From NCBI GenBank assembly GCA_020536535.1, contig JAHLWZ010000214.1, positions 1 through 46,936 of the forward strand: 46,936 nt of DNA. Reading direction: 5' to 3'. This DNA is from Pelomyxa schiedti (Eukaryota > Protista > Evosea). The notes below the pieces were generated by a model that had not been told where the DNA came from, did no database searches, and saw nothing but the letters and a program-made list of their open reading frames with translations. The position numbers were made by a program, and so were the translations under genes. The first letter of the stretch is position 1. Every line of letters begins with the position of its first letter. Of the stretch, positions 1 through 19,779 are shown one piece after another.

Positions 1-827
1 AACAGATACTGGATATCAACTCCGGGAAGGGCCCCTCTTGTTGTACTTATCACGAACAGAGATCCACTGCAGTAAGAGCGTCTGAGATTGATCAGCATGA
101 AGCATAGAACTACGGTTTTGTGAGACACTACACTTGTAAATAACGTCACCACATCAGGGTCCTTGTCGTCAAGTATAATCCTATGATCGCGGATGCCCTG
201 ACAAGGAATTTCGAACTGAATGAAAGGGAGATTCTCTGCCCATGTGCCCACAATCTGGTTTTGTTTCATCCTCCTTCCTGCTCTTTTCCTGTTGATCTTG
301 TTGGGAATTGGCTTCAACAGTGTGATTATCAGGTTTACACTCGCTGCGATCTCATGGCACTTCACATCCCATAACCTCGGCTCAGAACACGAAATTTTTT
401 GCTCACACAATTTTACACCACGTGTGATTCCGCACAACGGAGACGCCCCAAAAGTGATTTTCCGCTCCCACTTTTCACAAGTACTGGCACTAGTGGAACT
501 CCCCACAATCTCAACGACGAAGTTCCTCTCAGTAAACAACACGGCGATGTAATCCCACAATTGGGAGACGAGGGAGTGCCCGTGCGCGGCCAGCAGCCTC
601 GCCGGCGACCCCGCGCCGCACCGAGAGTGCGTGCCCACGACGAGCAACGCGTGAAGCACGGCCCACGTGCCTGGCATCCACGTGCGCAGCCACGTCCGCT
701 GGGGAATGACGTCATCCATTGAGAGGCAGAACGACGACGACGCCACCAGTCCGCGCTCGTTCTTTGACATCATTCGCCACGTCATCGTCGTGGCTCCTTG
801 TGCCGCCGTTTGATCGGTTCGCCGCAT
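1..827 (-). CDS. HxRCG-box family protein, tandem paralog of 874..2160; 3' end runs off the window
   Basis: Manual translation from ATG at 827: MRRTDQTAAQGATTMTWRMMSKNERGLVASSS...LLVVGTHSRCGAGSPARLLAAHGHSLVSQLWDYIA...ITFGASPLCGITRG. Nucleotides ~545-680 are nearly identical to ~1845-1980. No intron seen in the part read. Confidence 0.85.
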   Translation of the reverse strand, partial: MRRTDQTAAQGATTMTWRMMSKNERGLVASSSFCLSMDDVIPQRTWLRTWMPGTWAVLHALLVVGTHSRCGAGSPARLLAAHGHSLVSQLWDYIAVLFTERNFVVEIVGSSTSASTCEKWERKITFGASPLCGITRGVKLCEQKISCSEPRLWDVKCHEIAASVNLIITLLKPIPNKINRKRAGRRMKQNQIVGTWAENLPFIQFEIPCQGIRDHRIILDDKDPDVVTLFTSVVSHKTVVLCFMLINLRRSYCSGSLFVISTTRGALPGVDIQYL

Positions 828-873
828 TTTTTTCTGAGGAAAGAGCGAAAAAAAAATCGTTTGGGATCTTATC

Positions 874-2160
874 TCAAGAGATCAACAACACTGCGGGAGC
901 GTACATCTTGGGATACCCATTTGTAATCACAGACATAACACTGCGCCCAGTTGTAATCTCAGTAATTTCTAGACGGAATCTCGTTGCGCTGAAAACGAAG
1001 CCCCCAACGGTAGTTGTAAAATCCTCGTCACGCCACGGGAAAGTTGCCACTACTCTTGTGCTTAGTTCCTGACATTCCCAGATTTGGTACGAGTTTAGTG
1101 GCGCTGAAACCAAGCAGAACTGGTACTCATTAAGCTGATGCAGTGTAAGCAAGCCCGAGGCCTCGGCATCGGCAATCTCAATAGGCGCTTGTGCACCTTC
1201 CTCCAATTCAAGGATTTTGCACCTCCCCCCAACTGCCACAACGTTGAAAATAAGCTCGTGCCTGGCATGGTGGCCATTGCTCCTCATAAAAATCACATCA
1301 AGTTGGAGGTACTCGTACTCTGAAGGGATCCTGTACTTTGTTTCCTTTAGCACACTGAGGTATCCGGTGATGAAAGAACGTCTCACGTCAATCCGCAAGA
1401 ACAACAAGTTATCGGACGTCCTGGTAAGTAAATAGGCCAAGTCGGGGTCCTGGTCGTCAAGCTGCACTTCTCCATGGTATCCACCTCTCACATCAGGAAT
1501 ATCAAAGTGAATCTCTCTACCGTGGTCCTTCCTCTTCCCCCTTATTCCCTTGTTTTGGTTCGTCCTTGTTATTTTCGGTGGACCCACAAGTGACCGAATT
1601 ATAAGGCGTCCCAACGCCAGACCATTGTACACTAACTTGGCAGCCCACGGCTTGGTCCCAGTGCCCTCAGGCTTTCCCGCCCCATACTCGAAACTGCACT
1701 GCGATGGGCCCCTCGTTATCCCACACAGCGGAGACACCCCAAACGTGAACGACTGCGCCCAGCTTCTGATGGAATCATCACTGTCCCCACAGACATCCCA
1801 GCCACCCGCCTCGACGACAAACTTCCTCTCGGTCAACAACAAGGCGATGTAGTCCCACAATTGGGAGACGAGGGAGTGCCCGTGCGTGGCCAGCAGCCTC
1901 GCCGGCGACCCCGCACCGCACCGGGAGTGCGTGCCCACCGCGAGCAACGCGTTGAGCGCATTCCACGTGCCGCGCATCCAAGTTGAGAGCCACCCACCGC
2001 GCAGGGGAGTGACGTCACCGCAACCCTTGGAGGTGAGGCAGATTGCAGACGAAGCGACGAGCCCGCGTTCGTTGGTTGACTTCATCCGCCACGTCATCAT
2101 CGTGCGCCCTTGTGGTGCCACCGTCGCCCCATCGACTGATGTGACTGCACTGGGTTGCAT
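874..2160 (-). CDS. HxRCG-box family protein (intronless; conserved N-terminal box plus beta-rich C-terminal region)
   Basis: ORF 874..2340. The likely start is ATG 2160 (MQPSAV...) by alignment with the neighbouring paralog. Motifs GTHSRCGAGSPAR, FGVSP, IDVRRSF..G, YQIWEC, EITTGRSVMSV. Confidence 0.85.
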   Translation of the reverse strand: MQPSAVTSVDGATVAPQGRTMMTWRMKSTNERGLVASSAICLTSKGCGDVTPLRGGWLSTWMRGTWNALNALLAVGTHSRCGAGSPARLLATHGHSLVSQLWDYIALLLTERKFVVEAGGWDVCGDSDDSIRSWAQSFTFGVSPLCGITRGPSQCSFEYGAGKPEGTGTKPWAAKLVYNGLALGRLIIRSLVGPPKITRTNQNKGIRGKRKDHGREIHFDIPDVRGGYHGEVQLDDQDPDLAYLLTRTSDNLLFLRIDVRRSFITGYLSVLKETKYRIPSEYEYLQLDVIFMRSNGHHARHELIFNVVAVGGRCKILELEEGAQAPIEIADAEASGLLTLHQLNEYQFCLVSAPLNSYQIWECQELSTRVVATFPWRDEDFTTTVGGFVFSATRFRLEITEITTGRSVMSVITNGYPKMYAPAVLLIS

Positions 2161-2444
2161 GTTCTTTCGCTGAAGTGACTTTTTGTTGTCATCGAGGGAT
2201 GAGGAGTACCAACAGGCATATTGTTGCTTGTACTCCGCAAAACGCACCTCATTTCCTTGATCACACAGAGAACCGGCGAGGAAGGAACGTCTGGGGTCGA
2301 TCACCAAGTCAGAGTCCTCGTCGGTGTCGCCAAGTCGCACAGTTCTGCACTCTTTTTCACTGGTTCTATCATACTGGAGAGTGGTTTGCTGAAAGAAACA
2401 AGAAACAAACCTAGAACTTTAGACGTGGTCAATGGTTTTACAAC

Positions 2445-5400
2445 TTAGCTGATTATGCAGCCTGGTCTGGAAGGAGTAGTAAATGTTGGGAGTGGGAGTG
2501 GCGCCGTCGGGTCACCACCGTCATCACCACCATCAACAACAACGCCATCACCACCCACTGTGAATGGTTTGTGGCCCTGAATTCTCTGGAAGGCCGCACG
2601 CCTGCCCTCTGGGGTACCTAGTACTGGTCTAAGGAGGTTCCTAAGTTCGCGCTTTAGGGCACCCCTGGTGTATGGTATTGAACTGTCTGTGCAGCACAAG
2701 TCCTGATTTGCGCAGTAATGGAAAATGAGAGCCTTTGCATTAACGAGTTAGGATTTTTTGTGCCTTGCGGAAATAAGAGAAGATAACCTGTTTTCTGTCC
2801 ACAAACAAAGCGGGGTGGCAGAATACTCTGGCTTGACCGTTGGTTGTTCTCCTTAGGTAACTCTGAACACTCCCTATGTGATGAATTGGGTGTCCATAAG
2901 GCTGGCAAGGATAGGACACGCTATTAACTGCATCTTTGTGGATAAATATCTGGTTTGGGATTATTGAATTGATACGGTGGAGATACGAACCTGAAGCATA
3001 TTTCCGGGTGGGTGATCCTCTGAGCCGGTGGGTGAGAACCCAACATAAGAGGCCGATTTGTAATGAGAAGTTGGAAGGTTGTACTTTGCGCCGATGTCCA
3101 CTGCTCGTTGTATTACATCTTCAAGCTCATGTCCTGTATTTCAGTCAAATTAATTTGGGTGCATGACATGGCATTTACCAGAAAATCCACAAGCCTTAAG
3201 TAAATCAGTGAGTAGCGTCAACCACTGTACGTCTCCACATGAATAGCCTTGCATGAAACAAGAAAGAGGCTGCATCTCACTTGCACTTGCAAAAAGCCCA
3301 TTGCTTACGGATATGACCAATGCCCGAAATCTTGGATCATGATCCTAGCTCACCGTATTCCTTGTAAGAGCAAATGGAGAAAACAGTGTCCACTTACATT
3401 ACCAACCATAGACTTGAAATCTTTCATAAGCAATCCCATTGTTGGCTTTTCATCAAAGGCGGCCTGCAGTAGCCTTTGGGAAATTCAGTATACAATCACA
3501 AAATGCGGTAAATAACCGGGGAAGTGGCGGGAAATCAGTTGGCAAGCCATATAATACAGCCGCTATTTCCGAATTCAATTCATAAAGTAAAGAGGCAAGG
3601 GAATACTTTTTAATGCCACATTACAATTATGTTATTATTTAATATATTGTGTTTTTTTACCGAATGGTAGAAGACAAAGTAATCTGAAAAATACTGCTGT
3701 TCTCTCTCCAACATGGAGCTGAAGCAGTAGGCACAAAACTGAGCATCCTTCGCCGGAAGAGTTGCTGTCAGAAGGTCAGCTGGATCACCCTGTATGTTCT
3801 CAGTTCAAATCCATGGATGTGAGAAGGAAGGGTTACACTCAATCCTATATATGACTGGCATGGAGCAGTCTTATTTATTCGGAAAACTACCCCATTCTTG
3901 GTGACCACAACAGATTTTCCTGTAACTGGTTTGGCAACAGCACTTGGGTCGTATGGTGCGTCAGGACCACTTACATTTTCCGGTGGCATGGCGGTTTCCC
4001 CCATTAAAAGGGCTACCGCTACATTGAGATCTCCATGGCTTGAGAAGAGGATGTGTAAAATATCTGATTGATGGGCATGGGTATTAGTTACCTCTCGTCC
4101 ATGGCAGTCTTAAGGGCCGATAGTTCAGTTTTTGGGAAAATATGCATGAGACGCCGCATATCCGGGTGAACATCTTCTCCTGCAGCGGTGGTGAGTGGGA
4201 AGACTGGCACATAAAGGAAACCAACCGGTAATTGGAGTGGGGGGAGCATCCTCTGGAAACAAATTTGTTGGTCTTGAGACTCCCAACAATACTGCAACAG
4301 CTTGTTCCACATTCCCTCCAGAGGATACTAATGTCTCCTTCAGAAGAGCATCATCAAGATGCGGTAACATCTCTCGTAACTATTTTGTTGGTGAGTATTG
4401 TAGAGACAATAGGCAAGCTACAGTAATAAGATCGAGGGTCATAGTTCCTAAGGAGTCATGATCAGACGGCTTTGACGGGCAGTGATCAGTGTGCTCTTGG
4501 AACTCACATTACAGATTAGGGAAAGAAGATAAAGACTATTTAATTTTAATGGATATTGGGCTCCTGCTACCGTTGAGTGGGGGATACTTTGGTAACAGAA
4601 TGGACAGCTATCGAAATCATCTTCTACCACAGGGCGCTTTGCTGGGGTCTTTATAGGCGTTGAAACAGGGGGTCTACAGGTCGGTACGTGGGCAAAAAGC
4701 TTGTGTAATACTTTTATGTTAGCTCTTAGGACTAGATTGTTTTTGGGATACCTCTTCTATCCCAAAGACCTTTCCACAAGACGGGCATGGCTCAGAAGCT
4801 ACGGTAGTTGTAGTGGTGACAACACTGAACGGTGGGGTGACAGGTCTTGTGGTAGTTGCAGATGGAGGTGTTTTTGGCCTTGTGGTTGATAGTGGAGGTG
4901 GTGTTACAGGCCGAGTGGTGGTTACTGGTGTTGGTTTGGGTTTAGGCTCAGATTCCACAAGACATGCATTGACGTGATCTTCAATCTTGCCAAAAAGGTG
5001 TTAGAATAAGCTGTTTGGCACAAGAACAAGTGTTACCATGGTTGTGGGAAATTGTTTGGAGCATATGGGACAAGTTTCAAGAGGTGGTCTTGGGGGTGCA
5101 GTTGAATGTACAGGTTCAACACGAGGACGTTTTGATGGAATGGTACCATCACATGTGGCAGCATGTCTGCCGATCTAGGAAGCCATGTCAAGGTGGTTAC
5201 AGTTTCATACAAAAAACCTCTTGGATGGGAAATGGTTGTCTACAAAGAGGACACTCTACGCTTTCTTCAACACGACTTAGGATTGATTTAGCAGGGGAAC
5301 AAAAATGATTGAAAATATACCTTGGTTTTGGGTCGACATTAGGTCGCGTTGGTGTTGAGACAACAGGAACTGAAGGAGTTCGAGTAGAAGGAGACGCCGG

Positions 5401-6865
5401 AGTTGATTTTGCTGCTGGAGAGGACACCATCGTAAGTGCAGAACTTGTAGGTGAAAGCTTTGCCATTATTGATTGTATCATTTCTTGTTGTTGCCTGATT
5501 AGCTCTTCCATTGAAGGTGCCTTGGCTGGTGGTGAAGATGTTGAAGTTGAGGAGCTAACTGGCTTCGTCGGAGTTGCTATTGCAGCTGATGAACTAGACG
5601 GCACAGGTACTGTTGGAACTGGTGTCACTGGTGCAGCAGCTGTGGCAGACGGAACGTTCTTTTGCGTTGGTGTGAAAACAGAGTCCAGGAAATCCAGAGA
5701 TAGGGTAGAAGACGCCAACTTTGGAGTTTCCATTGGCTGAGGAGAGATATCCAATGAAACTGGTGTGATGACTTCAGAGGTTGATATTGGGGACACCAGT
5801 GGCAGGATAGGAGGTACTGAGGGAGCGGGAGGGGAATCGAACATCAAGTCAATTAAGTTGTTTGATTGCGATTTCGATACCGGTACCGATGTTGGCAAAA
5901 ACGGGTTCGGTCCTTGCAGAGTTGTGGGTGATGCCGGCACTAAAGTTGTTGATCCTGTTGGTGCTGATAATTGGGGTGCTGAAAAGGGGGATGTTNNNNN
6001 NNNNNNNNNNNNNNNNNNNNNNNNNNNNNNNNNNNNNNNNNNNNNNNNNNNNNNNNNNNNNNNNNNNNNNNNNNNNNNNNNNNNNNNNNNNNNNNCGATA
6101 CCGGTACCGATGTTGGCAAAAACGGGTTCGGTCCTTGCAGAGTTGTGGGTGATGCCGGCACTAAAGTTGTTGATCCTGTTGGTGCTGATAATTGGGGTGC
6201 TGAAAAGGGGGATGTTAATAGCACCTGTTGTTGGACAAGTGGCGGGGCTGTTGGTAATAACGCGACAGGTGTTGACCTTGTGTTTGGTGGTTGCATAGCT
6301 GGTAGAGGAGGTGCTGTTGGTGAAACTGTTTGTGTCACAACAAACAGTGGTGCCGTTGGTTGTAACGGTAGTGGCGATGGCGATGGTGATGGTAGTGGTG
6401 GTGCTGTTGGAAACATGAACGCGGATTCACCTGGTGGCGGTGTCATCAACGTACTAGTAGCAGGAGAAGTGGTGGCGGTGATGATGGTGATGCCTGTGGG
6501 TACAACCTGCGGGGGTGGTGAGGGTAGCCCCCCCGCTCCCATAATGTGCATGATGGTGTTGGTGGCCGCAGGAGTGGGTGACATGAACGCCGATTCTACA
6601 TGGTCTGCTGAAAATTGAGGAGGTGTGGGTGCTGGTGAGGGCGTGATGGTGTTGGTGGTGGTGGTGGTGGTAGGGGGCTGTTGTGTCTGTGATGGCGTAC
6701 TACTAGTCGGTGAAAGAAATGTGGATGCTACTACAACAGGTACACTTGCTGCTGTGGCACACAAGTACCATATATGTTACGACTGAGGGAATACAACTTT
6801 TAAATAATATGTGTCGCGTTTTTTTTTCCCATGAATGTGCATGGTGAGTTACCTTGCGTTGCCAT
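2445..6865 (-). CDS. Multi-exon ubiquitin-binding protein: Pro/Thr-rich N-terminus, 4 UBZ-type zinc fingers, 2 CUE domains, unassigned C-terminal globular domain
   Basis: Spliced by eye through GT-AG introns. Fingers: CPLCRQPFPIQEIGRHAATC, CPICSKQFPTTMIEDHVNAC, CPSCGKVFGIEELFAHVPTC, CPFCYQSIPHSTFQEHTDHC. CUEs: LREMLPHLDDALLKETLVSSGGNVEQAVAVLL and LMHIFPKTELSALKTAMDESHGDLNVAVALL. The start (MATQ, 6865) is tentative. Spans gap 5996-6095. Confidence 0.75.
5875..6216. other. Scaffold gap (100 N) flanked by a 121-nt direct duplication; assembly artefact
   Basis: 5875-5995 is repeated at 6096-6216. The same pattern occurs at gaps 24830-24929, 30978-31077, 39977-40076 and 46072-46171. Confidence 0.9.
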
Positions 6866-7126
6866 CGATGTCGCCACGACCGGTGAATGTGATACCCTGC
6901 TTTACACGAAAATTGTCGTTCAGAGATCTCAACGTCTACGCTCACAAAACAAAAAAAAGCGTGGTGTTTAGATACTAAAAAGGAGGTCCGCCCACACCAA
7001 GATGGACATCCCCAAGCACACCCCCAGACCAAAACCTGTTTCAACCTAGGGATGAGCTTCTGTGGATGGAAATGCCCACAATTCCACCAAGTTTGGCCCC
7101 CGGCACCAACGCTGGCGTTTAACGAC

Positions 7127-7181
7127 TCCGCCCACAGAGGGGGGAGGTGGGGGAAAACCACCTCCCCCCTCTGTGGGCGGA
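7127..7181. repeat. Perfect 24-bp inverted repeat (GC-rich hairpin) with 7-nt loop
   Basis: TCCGCCCACAGAGGGGGGAGGTGG (7127-7150), loop GGGAAAA, CCACCTCCCCCCTCTGTGGGCGGA (7158-7181). Confidence 0.95.
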
Positions 7182-7346
7182 TGGGCGTTCACAGGGAAAA
7201 TGGTGGAAATTGTAAGCGGACCCCAGTTATGCAATCACCGGAACCTCGGGAAAAGAGCAATAAAACCACCCAAAACTGCATTGTGGGCAATTTTTTTGAA
7301 TTGAAAAAAAAAAGCACGCTGTTATGGGGTTTGGGAGATAAAGGTG

Positions 7347-7686
7347 CTAATTATTGGCCATAGCAGCCTTGAATTCCTCAAAAGATATTTTACCGTCTCC
7401 ATTGACATCAGCCTGGCCACAATTAGTTTATTGCGCAAGGAACTGTGGCGTATTTCAAGGGATAAAGAGTCGACATACATTTTTCATCAATGCCTTGGCC
7501 ATAGCGTCCCTTCTTTGTTGTGGTATTCCTGCTTTACCCAGCATTGCTATCACCTCGTTAACGGTTATAGCACCATCGCCGTCCCTACATTTTCAATGTT
7601 AAACAAACGACGGGAGAAAAAAAAAACTGGTGCAGGCACTTGTCCCAGGTTGCGAATTGCTGCCGAACCGCTTCATCACTATCCAT
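7347..7686 (-). CDS. Small two-EF-hand calcium-binding protein (~72 aa, 3 exons)
   Basis: Spliced: MDSDEAVRQQFATWDK-DGDGAITVNEVIAMLGKAGIPQQRRDAMAKALMKN-ADVNGDGKISFEEFKAAMANN*. Two canonical EF loops and two GT-AG introns. Absent from the ORF track. Confidence 0.9.
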
Positions 7687-8349
7687 GCTTTGTTTGTATT
7701 ATTTCTCTACACCCAATGGCGTTTGTATGTTTTTGTTTGTTGTACTTCTCAGACAACACAACCCCGCTACGTTTGAAGTAATGTCGCGTTTCCAGGAATC
7801 TGTCAGGCAAGGAGGAACAGCAATCCCATCACTACTAGCTTTGACATGTCCAAGGTGCAAGAACTATTGGTGACTCCTACTCACCCTCAGGAGTGGATCA
7901 CGATTGTGAGCCTCAGTCTTGGGGTTGTGATCTCGATGCAAATCACGGTTTGGAAATAGAACAAAATTTAAAAATGTAGCATGAGTTTTTTTCTTTTTCC
8001 AGAGGGCCCGATGTATTGAAGACATCGCAGAGACCCTGATGTGTTACGTGCACTGATAAAGGCTAGAAAAAAAAAATTTTTTTTGACGTCGCGCGGGTGC
8101 TACCTACCAGGTTGGTTGTGCCCCAAACGACAACAAACGCCAACCATTTGACACCATTCCCCTGCTCCTTCGTTCTTTCTCCAACCCGACGTCGTTTAGT
8201 TTGTTTTTTTTATTATTTTTCTTTACCCCCCCTTTGGTGGCCTGTCTCGTTGCGTATGTGTCCCGAGATCTGTTGTCTTGTTGTTATTACTGCGGATAGA
8301 TAACCTGACACCGACGCACAGGATAACCTTTGACAAATAGACCGCTACA

Positions 8350-16842
<8,493 letters not shown>

Positions 16843-17022
16843 ACCACTAACAAACCAACAATCCCCAAACAACACAACCCAAAAAAGCATTTGTTTGTTT
16901 TAGACATAACTAAGAGAATCCAATTCTATTTTATTTACAAAGTTAAGAAAGAATCACGGGGTTGAGCCCTGCACAGTGACAGAAGATCGGCGCCCCCATC
17001 TTGAGATAATATGTTGTGTTAG

Positions 17023-17786
17023 TTAGAAATGGAAAGGAGAGTGGAATTGACCGTACTTTATGAGGAGGTCTTCAAAGAGGAACAAGAGTACTACAAACAA
17101 GACCAGCCAGCACATATGCTTACTGGAGCCTATATGCGCAAGTTGCTTGAGACGCGCAGAAGCTCCTCCTACCGCCCCTTGTGCTGATGTCATCTCAGTA
17201 TCCTGATGATAAGTGAGGCCAAAGCATTCTCGAAACTGACATAATACTTGCTTGATTATTAACACAACAATTACATTCTCTTCTAGAAAGAAATAATAAA
17301 TTTAAGGGAATGCCTACGAGCTCCTTTGTTACAGTTTTGCTTGTATTGATTTCGTTCTGCATTCCCTCAGCCACCTGGTAACTTACATTAGCAATCCGGA
17401 TATTTATTGATTTAATTTATATATATCATTAAGTATCATAATCCGTCTATTTCTATCGTTCCCCATAATACACGCCATCCGCCACCCATAATATACTCAT
17501 AGCACCAAGAGTGCGCGGGATAAGGGGGGCGGGTACACACGAGCCTTACGGCGGCGACCTGGTCCACGAGCACCTGCAGCTGCGCCTCGTTGTCGGCGAG
17601 AACGAGTCTCTCCTCTTCCTTCTGCTGCGCGTCGCCGTCGTTGCCCCCGCCCCCGCCAGGGCCACCTCCCCAGCCTCCCCCGCCGCCTGGGGCCCCTCGC
17701 TGCGTCGTGGTGGGTGTCGTGAGGGGCAGGGGTAGCCCTGCCTCCCGCCGCAGCAGCGACGACCGTCCCCCTCGCATCGTAGTCAT
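17023..17786 (-). CDS. Bet1/GS15-like Qc-SNARE (3 exons)
   Basis: DNEAQLQVLVDQVAAVRL | VAEGMQNEINTSKTVTKEL | DTEMTSAQGAVGGASARLKQLAHIGSSKHMCWLVLFVVLLFLF: a SNARE coil plus C-terminal transmembrane anchor. Confidence 0.8.
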
Positions 17787-18334
17787 GTCGCACCGCTGTG
17801 GTTTATAAGAATGTGACAAGGCAGAGTGTAGAATCTGACTTCTGAGGACGCAGAGAAACAACAACAAATGAGACCCAGTAGTACACGGACCCCACGAGGG
17901 GTGTTTTGTGCATGATCGAGCTACCCTTTTTTCTTCCCTGATCAGCCCATAATTTCGCTTGTCATCAAGTCGGGGGAACTCCGAGGGAAGTGGGATTGTG
18001 ATACTTCATATACCTTCTCGGCCTTTTGGCTAAGATCAAGTGTAGTATCTGTTCTTTTCAGCTTAATATATTCTGAAAGCTGCCCATTGGGCAGCATCGA
18101 TATTAATCTTATTTTTTCTGGGGTTGCTTGGGGGGTGTCCTCTTGGTGTTGTGGGGCTTGCTCTGCCACCAAGTTAGGTGCCCTCCTGATTGCCCAGGCA
18201 CTGCACTGCTGCCTCGTGTGGTCAGCCCCCACTCCACTACAAACTAAAACTAAACTTCCTTCTGAAACTGAAAGAGTGGTTCTTTCAGCAACCATAACTA
18301 CATAACTTTCAAATCACAAATAGGGTCACTGTTG

Positions 18335-19588
18335 TCACTCAAATGAAAGGTGGGATGTGATCCTCCTAATTTTGAGGAGCTTCTTCTTCCTCCTGTTAAA
18401 TGTGAGGTTGAGAACTACAGTACGAGAGAAGGGCTCCATCATCTGTATCCTCTTCTTGGTGACTTTGAAAAGGAAACCAGACCCAGCCACAAACTGATTC
18501 AACTTTGCAGGGCCAGGACTCCCAACCAACAATGGACGTGTGGGGCAGTTGCAATCCCATATTTCGTAATTGTATGAACTGGCTGAGTCAACACAGAAGA
18601 GGGAGCTGTTCAACTGTGATAGGTGTGACATCAGGCCCTCTTTACTGCAGAAAGTAAGTTGCGTCACATCTCCAGTGCCCAAATCATACTGGTGAATGAC
18701 TCCTTGGAGCCCCTGAAGAGACCCAACAATGACAACATAATCACCATTTCGTTTTCTCATCAACAGTGAATGGGTGTAATCACGAAAATCAAAAGAAGCT
18801 AAGCACAGTGAATTGATGCAATGCCTTTCATGTGTTTTTGCCACGTCGATGATCTGGAATGACACTGATGTTGGACTTCTGTAAGTGTGCTGAACAACAA
18901 GCATTTCGTCGGGAAGTGACTTGTTGAAAAGGAGGTGAGTTGAAACATTTGTCTGTGACTTTTTTGGCCAAAAACCAGAAATAACTGTGATTTTGGCCTC
19001 GTCAGGATCCAGAATCGGCCTGATCACCAACGCACTTGGGTCATCATCAGGAGAAATCAACACCCACCACTTTCCATTGAAAGCAAAACAACCAGATGCA
19101 CTCGGTGTTGCAAGTGGCCAGCTGCGGGCCTCGTTGTAGCTCCCATAATGGGGGCTGGTGCCACTGCCACTGGTTGCTTCCTCAACTCTGAATCGCCTCT
19201 CCCAGTCACCTGTTCTTGTGTTTCTGTGCCCCTCCTGCACCACGCAGTGCGCAGAGCTCACCCATAATTTGCGGGTGTTGTTGTTCAACAACCCTTTTAC
19301 GTCGTAGATGCCCTTCAGCAGTGGGCAAACTGCGATCAAAACAGACATCAACTGATCCGTGGTGGTGGTTACGAGGAAGCTGAACCACGTCCGGGCGCCA
19401 GGGCCCACTACGGCCACGTCCCATAGTGCCCGGAGCATCTGGGAGTGCTGGCCGAGTGTCCTCGCCGCGCTGTGGCCTCCGCACCGTGCGTTGGTAGCAG
19501 TGGCCAACGCCAAAATCTGCTCACGAACATTGACTACGGGTTTCCAAACAACTTCCCCCGCTCCCGGTTCTTCATCGTCACTGATCAT
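18335..19588 (-). CDS. HxRCG-box family protein (intronless)
   Basis: 417-aa ORF with REQILALATATNARCGGHSAARTL..LRALWD, NGKWWV, IIDVAKT, YEIWDC, MMEPFSRTVVL. Confidence 0.85.
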   Translation of the reverse strand: MISDDEEPGAGEVVWKPVVNVREQILALATATNARCGGHSAARTLGQHSQMLRALWDVAVVGPGARTWFSFLVTTTTDQLMSVLIAVCPLLKGIYDVKGLLNNNTRKLWVSSAHCVVQEGHRNTRTGDWERRFRVEEATSGSGTSPHYGSYNEARSWPLATPSASGCFAFNGKWWVLISPDDDPSALVIRPILDPDEAKITVISGFWPKKSQTNVSTHLLFNKSLPDEMLVVQHTYRSPTSVSFQIIDVAKTHERHCINSLCLASFDFRDYTHSLLMRKRNGDYVVIVGSLQGLQGVIHQYDLGTGDVTQLTFCSKEGLMSHLSQLNSSLFCVDSASSYNYEIWDCNCPTRPLLVGSPGPAKLNQFVAGSGFLFKVTKKRIQMMEPFSRTVVLNLTFNRRKKKLLKIRRITSHLSFE

Positions 19589-19779
19589 AGGAAAATCGTT
19601 CTCGAAAAGCTCATTATAGTAACAACACTACTACCCATCGGCAATGGACTCGTTTCAGTCTGGTGTTTATGTTTTTCGATGTTATTCTTATCTTCTTGTC
19701 AAGTGGTGAAGCAGAGTCTTGATCACTGCAAGAACGCCATGGGCCGTGATGAATTATCAACTCTCAGGGCAATGTAGTG

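Noticed and set aside
7190-7300. U1 or U4 snRNA call for the hairpin region
   Set aside because: It has an AUUGCAY-like loop and an Sm-like U-run, but on opposite strands. There is no 5' ACUUACC and no U6-pairing sequence.
7716-7873. Possible tiny spliced ORF MAQHNPATFEVMSRFQ...LLALTCPRCKNYW
   Set aside because: Only ~41 aa, an ambiguous donor site and no recognisable homology.
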